Shown: piece after piece, positions 37,988 through 52,500 of the stretch
Layout: every line of letters begins with the position of its first letter
Position numbering within the stretch: position 1 is the first letter of the stretch
Assembly (NCBI RefSeq): GCF_052425735.1
Contig: NC_135764.1
Span: 12,090,001-12,154,000, forward strand
Length of the DNA stretch: 64,000 nucleotides
Source of the DNA: Oculina patagonica
Taxonomy: Eukaryota
Direction of reading: 5' to 3'
Notes under the pieces: generated by a model
The model's input: only the letters and a program-made list of their open reading frames with translations
Databases searched by the model: none
What the model was told of the DNA's origin: nothing
Program-made: the position numbers and the translations under genes

Positions 37988-40900
37988 ACAGTAAACAAAT
38001 GGATGACTCATGGATTTCTATACTTTTAACGAATGATTTTTTTAAGGTGCAATGCATGACACTTGAAAAATATGTGAATAAAATGCCATATTGCTTAATT
38101 TATTTTAGGTTTATTCTGGTCATGCAATATCAGAGAGGTAGCTGTTGGAGAACAAGTCAAGAAGTAACCTAGGAGAAGATTAATTCAAGAATGGTAAGCC
38201 TCTAAATTCGAAATTTTTAAACTGTTTTCATGTATGGAGAAATCAATTGATACAAATATCTAAAACACCCAGTCCACCTGAGTAGTTGAATTATTGAAAC
38301 ATCTGGTTTGCCTTGAACTGCTTCTGACCTGTCCTGAAAATAATTCCTGCTCTTTTTTTACTACTCTTTTTTTTAATTTATGTACGGGTAATGCTTGGCT
38401 GGGGATTAGTACTAATAATTCATTTCCAATTCCAATTTGGTAAGCATCCCAGACCTTCTTAACCCTTGGGAGTTCCTGCAGATTGTTTCCTATGAAGTGA
38501 GTAAACAACTGGGTACAAGATTAGTAATCTTGATGTATAACCAACATCTTACATTTCAACAATTTAGGCACAACTATAACATTATAGTCAGTGATCTAGC
38601 AGTCTAGGTTTAATCCCCACATGCCCTTTATGATATATTAACAGCATTTACATGCGTTATGAAAACTACTTTAATGTACATGTAACAACTCTCAATTTAA
38701 TTTTCAGCACACTTGTAAAAGAATGAATATCTGGTTGAGTGGAAGCCCTTCTGGGTTGCCAAGGAAGACCTTTCACAAAAATGCAAGTGTGGAATGGAAA
38801 AAAAAAAACTAGTAGAATTTTAAGTATGTAAACTGTAACTTTGTACTTCTGATTTGTAAACAGTAATGAACTTGAAGGGAAGTTCCACAAGCTATCCAAA
38901 AATATTCATTATTAACTTGTATATGGTGACAGTGAAATCGTAAGGGATATAATCTTGTTTTATGATTAGTGAGCTTGATGATGACCACTCATCCCTAACA
39001 TATCCGTGGATGGCCATGAGAACTTTATTTGCAGATGTCACTAGAGTTCATACAGTTTGCAGAGTGTATTGATTGTACATGTATATTACCTCTCTCTTCC
39101 TTTGACACACAGTACAAAGATGCAGAGTTTTGATTGAGGGTGGAGGAGGGTGGATCTGCAGGTTAATGCTAGTTTGTCACACTTAACATTTTGTAATTAA
39201 CGTTATATCTCAGACCGATTTGCTAGGTCAAAATGCTAACTTTTATATGGGCTAGCTTTTCACTGGCTAGCTGTAATATCTGCAGGTTTGACAGTGTGTC
39301 AGTGGATGAACTAACATTAGTCATGGAATAAATGCATGCAAGTGCTACACATGTAGTTAATTGATATATTTTGGTTCATAACATGGACTCAATGTATAAG
39401 ACCATAATGACATGTTTGGAAAACCTTATGGTTGCCCTTAGCAATCAACATATTTATAGATAGGATAAGATCAGAAGAGGGGCGGGGTGAATCCCATGTT
39501 TAGGCTATAAGGATATTTGCTACTATGAAGGGTAGGGTTTTCAAGCAGTTAAGTCTAGGATAGGGAAAAACGTCTGAGAGTTTTGGTCTAGAATAGCCTA
39601 CAATTTCCCAATGAATTGACCAGAGAATAAAAAATCAGTCTACAATAGGAAAAGAAACTGATAAAATATTGTTTCAGTTAGTTTTAGTGTAAACCATGAC
39701 AGTGATAAAGTCTTAATTATGGTTACAAAATCCAGCTGAACTTGGTCTGAAATAGGGTAAGGGCATCAGAGTCTTAGCGGCACTGACCCCCACCTAGGCA
39801 ACTACAGAATGCCCCAACCAGGCAAGCGAGATAGCGAGCATTGGTCGTGCGACGGGTGTGGCCAATGGACCAGTATTGTGTAGAATACTTCTAAAACACT
39901 GTTTTTGTGGGCCAAATGTATACAAAACGTTCGCTTGAAAATGAGCACTTTTTGTACTAGTAAGGCTTTTCCCTTTTCCTTATAACATCGCACCGGTAGG
40001 CTAACGTTATTACCTAGATTACAGTTTTTTCACTAGTGACGTTGGCATTAGCACAAATACAAGGATATGTTAGTTATGACATCAGTGACATAAGCATAGG
40101 AGATATGGGCATAGCATTGTAGCATTGGCTTACTTGGAAGGTGGGGGCCCTAAATTGAGGATTCAAACTTAACGTATTCACGTTTTAAGCCAATTTGCGT
40201 AAAATGCACACTTGGTCTGTGCGCTATCGACATGACATTGTGTCAATATCCGAAGCAAAGATACCTAAAATCCAAGTCGACTTGAAACCTATTAGGACCC
40301 ACATCTGGCGCTTAGCATTGAGCAATATAGTATCGCTACTCTGTCTGTTTTCTCTTTTTAATCAGGTCACGTGCGCAAATTGTCACTTTCATTGTTAGTA
40401 CTCTCCCCAATTTTCTGGGCAGTACAAGTTGATATCAATCTACGTCAAAATTAATGAATGGAAATGAGATGGGTGAAGAGGAATTTTGAAAGAATGAAAT
40501 CAGTTAATTTCCAAAAATGAACTTCTTTTATTCCTACTGGCTTTGATTGTATTAGAACAGATCTTAGTAACAATCCGTTCTAAATGGACAAGCTGCAAAT
40601 CAAAGATATATTATCGCGTCGTGATAAATGCAGCCTTGTTTCCGGGGTGTTACGTGGCATGTTGCGTCAATGCTTCACTTGTGGGTTGTTGCAGGTCTTC
40701 TATTCAGGTCGGATATGAATTTTGGAATGTTGGTTTTTTAGGAAGTAGGAAAACTGGAGTACCCGGAAAAAATCATCGGAGCGAGGCGAGGACCACCAAC
40801 AAACCTAACCCACATATGGCATCGGGTCGGAATCGAACCCTGGCCACATTGGTAGGAGACGAGCGCTCTAACCACTGCTCCATTTCCACTCTCCCTGCTC

Positions 40901-42901
40901 CTTATTCGGTGTGTGCTGTATATATAGCCTTGCTTTCATTTATATTTATTCAAGTAATACAACTCCGTTAGGTTGACAGCAACGACTGTTGGTTGAAACA
41001 ATTTGTCTGTTGTGGGATGCAAAAGAGGCGTCAGAGTGAGTGATAACATTCAATCTTTATTTACCTAATTTCTGTCATTACAGTGGTCATTAACTACAAT
41101 TGTACGGTTAACAAGACAGTTTGAGTAGACACAACGTTTTTCTTATCCACTCCTACTAGCTAAATGCAGTACTTTAACTGCTGAGCTGACCAGTTGGCAA
41201 GATCGACATTACGTATCAGTGTTCTAGGGCAATTTCCTGCTTGGAATGGGTAAGTTAATCTCAATTCTTTCCCACAAATTAAACTTATGGTGAAACTTTA
41301 ACTAAAACTATAACTACATTTGGATTTGGATTTGTCTTCGTGGCATGCCTGGAAATTATCTGGCGCGTATTATAAAAAACATAGCTAAGCACGTACTTGT
41401 ACGTTTCATGAAGTAATGAGTTACTTCAAAAAGTCTAAGCGATCCGACTTTGTTTTGTTTTTATTTTATGTCATTTTTCGCTATTCACGTAATGCGGCTG
41501 CCAGTAACGTGGGGAAACAGCCAGAAAAAAAATATATTATGAAAACGACATTGATTTGCCCAGCTATAATATAACGAATTTAAAGCACCCCTTAAATTTC
41601 TGATAAAGCAAGGGCAACATAAGCATATAGAAAAAAATGTTAACAGAGAAAACCAACTTACTTTACCATAATCAACTAATCTTTTACTCAGCAATACAAA
41701 ATTTTTATATATTTAGGGGCCTATATTAACTAAGGAATAAACTGAAATTCATTCTGCACTTTGAAATCTAAGCTATAGTTCATCGTGATTGCTAGTTTGA
41801 TTATTTTGTTACTAAAGTTGGTTATTTTGAACATACCAGAAACTTCTTTTATCTAAACGTAACTTAGAAGCTCAGTATTTTTTTGTTATATACTAGTCCT
41901 TCACCTCATGCAAACTTCACAAAAAGAAAATAGGAAAAAAACTATACGCAACGCTGCAGATTGTTGTTCAGCTAGGCCATTTTGTCAAGAATGGTATTCA
42001 AAATGCTACAAAGTTCATTACGTTGTAGATTCGCTGCATATCTTAACATATCTAAATCATTTACGATTCTAGTCTACTATAAAGGTAACTTCATTCATCA
42101 TTCATTTATTGCTTTCAATCGCATTAATAGCTAGAATAAACCTCGACTAGGAAGACATCTTTGAGTGCATATCATGATGCCATTATTGTCTCTCGCGGTA
42201 TGGCAATCCAGGGAACGTTTCCTAAAAACAAATGTGAAGAGTCCATTTAATGCTTTAGATGGAAATCTTTGCAAAAAAAAGAATAAAAAACCTTTGTTAT
42301 TCGCATCTTGTTAGAAGTCTGTAAATCTAGGCTTAAGATACTTCACCAACGTGTAACATTGTGGACGGAGATTTCATCATTGCAGTTCGGATGGCAAAAT
42401 TCGGCAAGAATTGTATCCATCAGCTAATTTTATTTTAAAATTTATAAGACCTAATTTTCACTGTAGAGCCAGGACGGAAATCAGTGAAGTGGGAGGAACG
42501 TTTACGGGAAGCGAGAAAAGAGAGGGCGAGAAGCGGTTTTTCCAGGATGGTGGAAACTGGGAGAAAAAGAAAAAATCGCAATATTGCAAAATATTTTAAA
42601 ATGAACAAGCACAACTAGGCGGGATCCAATTAAGAAGGGGCTGACATGGGGTTTAAAAAGTACGAAGTGGAAAGTTGAGATCCTCCCCACCTTGCCGCCG
42701 TCATCTGAGGAAGCAGCAACATTTTTTAGTTTAGACAATGGAAACTGATTGTGCAGAATTGCTTGTAATACCCTACCTACAACTCGTTATGAAAACTATT
42801 ACTGTAATTATCCATTTCGGATCCCTTACACATGAACACCGTTTGCACACAGTGTCAATTTGTACCTGTACGCTACGGTCTGATTTACTAATAAAAGCAA
42901 T

Positions 42902-43055
42902 AGCCCAATTTCGATATTTTAAAATTCAGTCAAAAACAATAGACATCACTACGAGGCTCCGGGGAATAAACCCCACAAACTCTATAGTTTAGTCCCGGAG
43001 CCTCGTCCTGAGGTCTATTGTTTTAGGCTGAATTTTAATATATCGAAATTGGGCT
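42902..43055. mobile_element. 154-bp fold-back MITE with AT TSD, unit 2 only
   Basis: Nearly the whole element is an inverted repeat (agcccaatttcgatat...atatcgaaattgggct); empty site gcaatttcc at ~10191-10199. Confidence 0.88.
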
Positions 43056-43067
43056 ATTTCCAGTAAT

Positions 43068-43073
43068 TTTATT
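43068..43073 (-). terminator. Candidate polyadenylation signal AATAAA (another at 43258-43263; left copy 10206-10211 and 10396-10401)
   Basis: tttatt on the + strand, downstream of the stop codon. Confidence 0.35.
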
Positions 43074-43278
43074 GGTCTTCAAAGAACTAAACAAGTACAT
43101 TTGGAAGCTTTCCCTTACAACTTGTTTTCTCTGGCCTTAGCTGGCAACATGATTTTTGTCAGTTTTAATTGGCTGGAGAGGAAGAGAGAGAAAAACGAAC
43201 ACAATGAGTCTCAACAAACAACTGTATCTTTTTTGTCTCCCTCTATAGGAAGCGCAATTTATTGTTGAAGTACGTACC

Positions 43279-43557
43279 TTATCTAACTCTGCTTCTGACT
43301 TTTTCTAGGATCATCGTGGCTAATTCCAATGCATTGCGGGCCATTTCTCGCGAGTAAACGTCGTTTGGAATCTGAGGAAAACAAACTTGGTCGGGGTAGC
43401 GCATGCGCGTTGAATCGCCCACGCGAGCCTCAAGTTGGCTTGATAACGTGGTCAACTGAGAGTCGTCCAATGTCAGGGCGTTTTGGACTAAGTTGTGAAC
43501 ATTGGTCTTGTAAGCGTCTACAGAATATTGGGCAGCCTTCAATGCTTTCTCTGCAGC
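43279..43557 (-). CDS. SACS: Terminal exon 8, remainder of HEPN domain
   Basis: Acceptor tttgcAG|GCT GCA GAG AAA continues [11 protein letters not shown]; ends RYPD...VRSRVR-stop. Confidence 0.9.
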   Translation of the reverse strand, partial: AAEKALKAAQYSVDAYKTNVHNLVQNALTLDDSQLTTLSSQLEARVGDSTRMRYPDQVCFPQIPNDVYSREMARNALELATMILEKVRSRVR

Positions 43558-46500
43558 CTGCAAATCAAACGCCGCTCTCGTTACAAAACCATTCACTTAG
43601 AATGAAATGCTTGTATTTCTTACCTTGAAAAATACGATTTTATTCACAGTTCTATTACAGGTTTGACCAACTGCTACCTGACTGGAAGCTGCACTACGGA
43701 GCTACAGGAGACTCGTTGATACTACGTGGTATAACAAACAAGGTTCAAATTTGATAAACCCGGAATAGAATATCTGTTAATTTCTTTTTTCTAGTACAGT
43801 CATACCGGTCTAAGTATTGATTTATTTATGGAAATTTTATTTCATCCCTTGTCTGAATTATAGTGAAATATTGAAACCAAGTTACACGATGATCTTTTAT
43901 GTAATATCCTTACCTGGTGGCATTTAAAGCAGGCCCACTCGTAAGATGTTTTCTCAGTACCAATGTCGTTTTCAGCAGCCGCCAGGTCGGCCTCAGCTTG
44001 TCGAAACCAGCGTCGTGCCTCTCGTGGTTGGGGATTGGTGGTACAGAAGCTTGGGGGAACTTCCCATGAACGTGTTCTGGACGTTTGTGAACGTGTACTG
44101 TGGCCAGTTGACCCATAGTGTTGAACGACGCTGTCTCGGTACTCTCGGCGCTGTGATTTGTACCGCCTTACACGCGCTTCCCAGAAACAATAGAAGACAC
44201 AATAGGACACCCCGTAGTTCTGCAATGTTTCTCTTTCCAGTCGTTCAATTTCATTCTTTAAGTGTTGAAACACTTGTGTGCAGAACGCCTCGTTTCCTGG
44301 GTTCATGTCGGGATGCCACCGTAGAAACAGTCGCTTGATAATTTGTCTTCCTCTGTCTTCCGGTAGCTTCCAAGCTTCTTCAAGCATTCTTGTAATTTCC
44401 TCGAAAATCTTCTGTTTATCCGTCGTGGAGTGAGAGCTCTCTTGCATGTCAGACATTACAACTTCACCTGATGTTACCTCTTGAAAGCGGTAAAATTTGT
44501 ACAGGTCGGTAACATGGACAATTTTCGGTTCCTTGTCGTCCCCAATGTTGATCTTGTAGGACTTCGCAAAGACACTGACACTGTCATTCGGTACTTCTTC
44601 GATTATCACGGCGTAGATGTAGGTGGCATCTCCTTCTTGCAGTTCCAAACTTGGATCGTCTAACTCGTATCCAACGTATTCTCCGGGAGTTAACACTTCG
44701 AATGCCGGATTTAGAAGGTTATGCATTGCAATAGGGATGAAACTACCCGGCGGCGGGATGACCTCTCCTTCTTCCGCATCATAGGGGTCGTCTTGCCGAA
44801 TCTTCATTCTATCCAGTAAGGAACATATCTTGCCAGTTTGGCTGAGGAGCATGGCGGGAATGTACATAGTTGCTTCTCGCAGCAGTCCTCGACACACCCC
44901 CGCAATCACTTGTGTTAACGTTAAGGCTACCGTAGACATGGTTTCTTCCGCGTCCTGGACTGCGTTAACATATACTCTCCAAATCTCTCCACCGGACTCT
45001 GAAACGTTCTCCAAAAAGTATGGTACTTCGAGTTCACTCCCTCGAATCACGATCCCATTATGAACCAGATGAGTGACAATTTTACTCATTCCAAGGAAGT
45101 CGATACTTTGTAAACTGCTTCTCACAGTAGCGATCACACTTTCGTCTAGCCCACCACCTTGATTGGCGTGACGAATGAGTCTGACAATTCCACGGTAGAA
45201 TTGTTCCGAGTGCAGCTGCTTCTTCAGTGCGCTAGCAGCACCAAAATCAAAACGCTCGGCATTGTCTTCAGAATCCGCGAATTTTTCTTCGATTACAGAA
45301 GACATCATCTGAGGCCGGACAGCTGTGGGAAGAAGCATGATTAAGTCCTGGAAATTTGCACCGGATTTGCAGCAGACATCGGCCCTCTTTAGACTCACAA
45401 CAAAAGGAAGGTTGAAGTCCTGAATACGATCCTTGTACTGCGGAGCGTCATTGAAGATAAGCTCGGTGGCCTTCCTTAACACGACGGGTTGTACATTGTC
45501 ATCCGGACTGCTACTGAATGGAGATGTGGCTGGTAGGTACAAGGTAGATATATCCCACGTTGCGGCGGGAGTGTGTTGCAAGGTTTCGAGAAGACCTTTA
45601 ACCGCTCTCAAAGCACTGTCAACTTCATTTGGATGCAATTGGTTTGCCTTGCACCGTCCGTGTAACATGTCTAGGACCATGGCATAGTGTGAAGGTGTGA
45701 CAGAAGGGGAACAGCCCAGGTATTTAAATAGTGTCGTAAACTCACTGAGCTCGGCAGGCATTCTGTAAAGAAACGGCTTGATCTCAAGGTTCTCGTTCAA
45801 TTCAATTACTACCTGTTTAGCATAAGCAAAACGTCCACCTTCCTCGACCAAAAGGCAAGGCGTATGCTCAAGTCTGTCCTTTTTGAATGTGTTTGATCTG
45901 GCTTTTCCTTGAAGAAACCTGTAGATATTCCTCATCACTGACATCCTCGTGTCTTTCTGAAAAGGCGTCACATCGATCTCCAAATGACAGGATAAATTTT
46001 GGCAGTGAAGAGCAACCAGTTCCACAGTTGGCGTTCTAAAAACCTGAAGTTGGGTGAGAATAGAATCGCAGTAACCACTTTTATTTATACTTTCTGGAAG
46101 TTTCATCAGGTACTGATAATTCTCTGGATGTGCCCAATGTGGAAGGATACCTGCAGTCGTCCAAACAATCTCAGTGTGTTCTGCTACCACAGAGCGTTTG
46201 AATGCAATGTATGGAGTATTGTCATCACGTCCTTCACCAAACTGTGGATAGAGGGCTTGAAGTTCTTGGTTTACAGGATTAGTGGCAACAAAGCGGATAT
46301 CAGAAACGGCTTGTAGAAGCTCTTCTTCCAAAACATTTTCTCGAAGAAAAAGGTGCTTCACAAGTTCTTTAGACTTTTCGTCAGTTTTCTTATTCCGTTG
46401 TGTTGCGCCCTCACGTGCAACTTCCGTAGCAAACTTCTTGAAAAGATCTGGGGAAACTTCACAGATAAGCCCGATTTTTTTCAAAAATGACAGCCATTCG

Positions 46501-49500
46501 TGTGTCTTCAAAGATTCTGGAGGAAACATCTCTTCAGAAAGCATTATTTTGAAAACCTCATTGTGGGGATCGTAGTAGGAAGATGCTCTCTTTAAAGTCC
46601 CATCATTGGAGGTAACAATCGCTGCGTTTCTCAAACAAGCCAACAGCTTCTGTTTGTCGTCACTGTCGTCGGTTGATAGTTTTGCTAAAATAGATGCACG
46701 GATGTGTGTTAGATGAGCCAGCCTTGCTTCTGCGCTAAAAGTGCTAAAGTATTCCAAAATGAAATTACAATACATGTCGACGGCCGAGACACATTTGAAT
46801 CCCAGAAATTCGAACAACGGAGATAGTCGTGACAAGCCTTCCAAAAACACTACATGTAGTCGAAGTCCCAACTCTTCCATTTCTTTTCGTGGAATGCCAA
46901 TAGGAAAGGCGCACACTCTTTTACTGTATACACTGACGAGTGCACCATGCGTTGCTTGATAAAAAGGAAGTCTACTTAGTATGTTCTTGTCCCTTTCTTG
47001 CAAACCAGCCACATTGTCACTGAAGTATTGCAAAATGGTCTTGCATTCCAAAGTCCGCAATTGCCCTACAAGCGCTTGTGGGTTTGTCGTCAACTTCTGC
47101 TCCAACGATGTCAGTAAAGATGCTGGATACTTAAGGGTCGCAACTAGCAGGCGTGCAAGGCGACAGGAATCCAGCGAGGTGTAAACAAAGGGGCCCGTAG
47201 TGGACATCACAACATAGTTAACTTCTGCCAGAGTGAGCTTTTTTAAAGCCTGCACAAGTGGCCGACTTGAAGCATCATGAATTGACAAATCAAGGACAGA
47301 TCCTGCTAATCGTAAGGGCACTAGGAAGTGTTCCGTTTTCACACCAGAAGTTTTTCCATTGTGTGATCTTAGCACACAGGTCGTCTCTGTGGCAGGGAGT
47401 ATGCTCCAGTTTGAAAGAGGTTCGAGTATTGCTTGAATTCTTCTTTTCTTCTCTTCTTCACATACCTTTTCTTCCTGTAATACATTCTTTGTTTCTTCAT
47501 TCAGGAAAGCCCAAACGCTATATATCCAAGTACGATTTGGCACTGATACATCTGTTGGACACCACTGGACGTACCTTTCTCTGCTGACAAACTCGCGTGG
47601 CAACGTTCGATGTAAATTATTTGCAAACTCCTTCACTCCAAAACGCTTAAACACAGGTGACTCTAGACTCGATGCATCGTCAAAGATTTCCTTCCTAATT
47701 TCGTCGTGGACAAACAGCTCTTCGCATTGCGGTAGGATTCCGTAATGACGTGAGAGAAACTTAGGATAAGCACTGCTAAATTGGTGTAAGGAGTTGTCTT
47801 GTGTCATAAGTAATGGTAGGCCAGACAGGTTTGCTAAGAAGTGTTCATCATCCTTGCAGTACTTAAGCACGAGTATGACCCCGTCAGCGTTTTTAAATGG
47901 GGTCTCGCTGACATCAACTGACATTGATCCAATGCAGCAAAGGGGATCTTCATTATTGCAGGTCTTGTAGAACTCCATTACAGCAGAAGGAGACACGCAA
48001 GGAGAATTCACACCGGATTTCTGCAATGCTTCAAATACAGATAAAGAGAATTTTACAAGGTTGAAACCTGTTTGCAGCAAAATTTCTTCAAATGTTGTTT
48101 TCTGTTGAATTCGTCTGTTTTCTCTGTCCATCTCGCTTTCAAGATAACGCTTTGGTTCACGGGAAAAACAATCACTTTTTCCAAGGTTGTTGAAGAATGC
48201 TTTGCTTTTTCCTTCGCCTGTTGGAGGAAGCCACGATAGCTGAACTGTAGCGGAGTTACGTTCTGATGGGTTGCCACGCACAACTGGAAGGAGTCTCGTT
48301 CCCTTGTTGTCCATTCCTTGGTACACAGATTTTACCAAGGTCTCCCAGTAAGATTTGTCTAAGACAACCAATGGAAATAACTTCTCGTAGTTTGCGAGCT
48401 TTTCCACCAAAGCATCTTTACTGTAGTTAACGGTAACTTGTTCAGTGCTGTGTGTGATTGGCAAATCAAGGTAACTCCTCACCTCATCCAAAAGTGTTAA
48501 ATAGCATGAGGCTATTACATCCGTCAGCAAAGCGTTGTTCCAGTCACTACGATAGCCACTAGCTTCGTCTCTCCGCAGATTTCTTCGGCCTTCATGGTCC
48601 AGTGCAAAGTGACCATTGATATGGACCGGAAGGTCTGTTTCTAAAGGAAGAGGAAGAAAGCAGTAAGCTTTTTTCCTCTTAATCTCAGACTCCCCTTGCT
48701 TTGATTTTTTCTCCAAAAGACAAGCAACACCACCTCGAGGAAGCATTCCCAGATCGCCTTTGTTATAAGCATCCACTATGCTTCTTTGCACTTCATTTTC
48801 GAAGCCAGCTTGCTGGACAATCATCCACTTTTCGTTGTTTCCAAGGCTGTCTCGTAAGTTCAAAACATAGGAACACTTTTTCACTTCGATGTTGTTGGGG
48901 AACAAGTCGCTTCTTTGATCATCCGTCTTTCCGATCTGTTTGACGTAGGTGGCAAACTCTTTTCTTTTGGCTGCGTCCTCCTCTGACATTTCTGCCTCGA
49001 CAAAATAAGAGTTGACCACTTTTCCACTTTCTTCGTCGATGTCACACAAAGTGATTTTTCTTACGTTATTCACAAAAAGTAGAACTTCAAAGAGCTCTCC
49101 TTTCAAGGCTTTCATCATGTCATCCAACGCTGCCAGTGTTACTGGTGATTCAGAAATCTTGGAGTGATCTGCCATCGCTTGGGTTCTCAACGGCAAACGA
49201 AACATTGTTGAGTTATGTATGGGGAACGCATCTTCGTTGTAGCAAGAAAAAACATGTGGAAACATGCTTTTCAATCGCGTTGATTCTTTAAACATTCTTC
49301 CTGGTTCTGACGCAGTTGCACCGGGCACGTACTTGTGGTGTGGATCCAACACACACAAAACATCTCCAATCTCTTCACCACTCGAGACAAATGTTGGAAC
49401 ATCAGTCAAATGATACACCGCATTGAAGCCGACACCATACTGGCCAGTCTTGTTTGGATCATCTCCCTTACTGCCTTCACCGAGGTTCTGTATTCCCACA

Positions 49501-52500
49501 ATATCAGCTTTAGTGAAGGGTTTGTTGTTGTACACGCACAATGCAGGGCCCTGGAGTGACTTCCACGAGTCTCCAAACACTTTCTCGTCTGGATGCTGTC
49601 GAGGGTCTTTAATAAAAGAAATCTCTGTTGCTTGAGCATCATCTGCATTCTGAAGAAGTTCTTTCAAGATTTCTTTTTCACATGGGTAAGCTGTTAAAAT
49701 ACGTTTCAAACGATTGGTGAGTTTTTCTTTTTGACCAAAGGGAATACCAGACGAAAAATGCTGCAATGCTTTTTCACGGCGTGTTTTGACCCCCAGTTGG
49801 CCACTCGTTTTATGAGGAATCATGTCATTCACAAAATGAACCCCAATTTCGTCAGGCATCCACGGGCAGTCTCTCATACAAAGCTCACCAACAGATCGCA
49901 TTATTCCTTGCGAATCAGGAAGATAAAATAATTCCTGATTTTCCTGAAGTTTGGCGACGTCGTCCTCTGGAACTATCAGACAGTTACCGAGTTGAACTGC
50001 CACATTAACTGCGACCTGAAGATTCTTCTCATCGAGCTCTGTGTCACCAAACGTCTCCTTTATTTTCTTCAAGCAAGTGATGTAATCTCTCTCTTCAAAA
50101 GCATGTTTTACACCGGCTCTTTTCATTAAATCTTCAAATGATCTGGCTAAATCATGTGGGAGCTGATAAAGATATGGAGAGCAATCAACGTCCAACCTGA
50201 AAGCCACTTGTTCTGTATAAACAAATTCTTCCCCAGAGAGAATGAACTTCTTTCCACAAAACATCCCTTTCACGTCCCCCATCTCCATTTCTTTGTTTTC
50301 AATGGCTTTTTGAAGATATTTGTAAGCTGCCAAGCACACTTTGTTTAGCTGTCGGATTTCATCTATACCAAGACTGTTAGCAGCGTTTATCGACGAGGCA
50401 ACATCAAGTTGGGTTCTAACATGGTCTGGAGTGGCCTTCTTTTTGTCTAAATGTAGGAACTTTTGAACAGCTGTTGGGATAAATTGATCTACCACTGGCT
50501 CAGTGCAACAGACCAGGTACTTTTCGCTTTCTAAAAAGGACTCCATAGGTGACAGCAATACTCTTTGGGTATCGTTTTGTACCTTATCTCCTTTCCAGGG
50601 AAGAGGAAACTTCTTTGGTTTCCGAAGCACTGGAAGAAATTTGGCTTGTAAGAATTTGTTATGGATATCATCGGAAAGAGAGCTTCCATCCTCATTCTTA
50701 AGCTTTCTTTCTAGGCGATCCACCAATGCTTGTACGCGCATTAAAGCTGCTTCACTACTACATCTGTTTAACATGCTGATACTCTGTGCCCTTTCTGCAA
50801 GTTCAGGCCACGGAAGATCATCTGTCAACATCCCAAGTTGTTCAAGTTTGGCAAGTCGCATGCTGTTCAAGAACGTTTCCTCCGTACCAAAAGGGAACCT
50901 TTTATCCTCAGGGCTAAACAGTGACGCCGCGGTTTTGTATGGGTTGATTTGTTGGCCAGGACTCTTCAGCTCTTGACCGTCTGGGGAGGCTGGAATGCAA
51001 TCATGTACTTTTATTAGGTCGTCGAATTTTCCAGTTTTGTCGTCTAGGACGTACAATACCAATTCATTCCTCAGATGGGATGGTACCGAAGCAACATTTG
51101 GAAAGAATAGCTCGCGGAAGAACCTTTCCTTGTCGTAGCATTTAGCCTGGATTGCTGCTCCCAGATCATATTCTACAAAAGACTGGTACACATCAGCTGG
51201 CATATCAATGATGACTCCACTCCCTTTGTTCAACAACTGGAAAACCTCAAACGACATGTCTCCTACTTGTGACTCGTGCCGAAAGTTTGGCTCCAAAAAG
51301 ACCATTTGAGAGATGTCCACCCATCGATTTCCATCTGAAAAGAGAGCATAGCCTCCACAGGAAAGTTGTTGATAAAACGAGCGAGAAAGAGGCTCACAGT
51401 GAAGCTGTACTTCGCAAGCTTTGGGCCACAGTGAATGAAACTGGTATGTGACAGGTGCCGACTTCTTTACGTCCTCAAGTAGGTCCAGATATGCTGCACA
51501 GATAGAGTCTTGCATAAGAATATTGTTCCATTTTACTTCAAAGCAGTCTTTGTCGTCAGCTGTTTTCTCCTTCAAACCTCGTCTGCTGGCGGCTACTGCA
51601 AATGCACCATTTACATGCACTGGAAAACCACTGTAGATTGGAAGCGGGAGGTAGCAGAAGAGGCTTCCCTTGTGATGTGGCTCTTTCGTTGTGATCTGAT
51701 CGACAACAGGTACAGGCAGGAGCTTTTCACTTTCGTCAGACAGCAACTGAACAGCAACTCCAGCTGATGGAAGTAGAGTCTTGTCGTCTTTAGCAAATTG
51801 CATTGCGTTTCCTTTGCCCATGGAAGATGCGACAAGCCAACTTTCAGATTCATCCTGAAGGTGACCATTGTCCTTAAGGAACGATCTTCCGCATTGCGTA
51901 ATTATGCTCTTTATGCTGACTGTTAGTGCAGAGCTGAGCAGAACAGTATTAGAGCTGGTGGAATCTCCTAGACGCTTAGCTACTTCAGATGATGCTCGTA
52001 GAACATTGCACTGTTTTACTAAGTACTGGTCTTCAGTGCTTAGGTTCTTAACAGCTGGTGAAAGTGTGACTGGAACTGTCAATTCTCTTAAGATTCCACC
52101 TTGATGCAATGATTTGCTGACCTCAAACAACAGAATTGGTTGTTGGGAAGAAGCTGATTCTCTCGGCAAATGAAACACACTTATGCGGCGGACATTTTGT
52201 GTGAAGAGTAGCAAGGTTTTAGCACCACGAGTGAAAAGATCCAAAAGTTCCTCCACTTGTTTGTTGTCGTAATGAAGTTGCTTGATTTCGCTTTTAATAG
52301 CTTGCTCTTTAGTTCGTAAAGGAAAGCGAAAGAGTGTTCCATGGTACGAGTTGTCCTCTTTTTCCAGGCGAAGATCACAATCAAATATGCCGTTGAATGG
52401 TTTGAACTGGTTGCTAAAATTTCTCAGTCTCTTCGTGTTCTTGTTGATGTCTATCTTCATTCCTGGTTTGTTCTTGTTCCTGATTGCTTTTCCCAGATAG

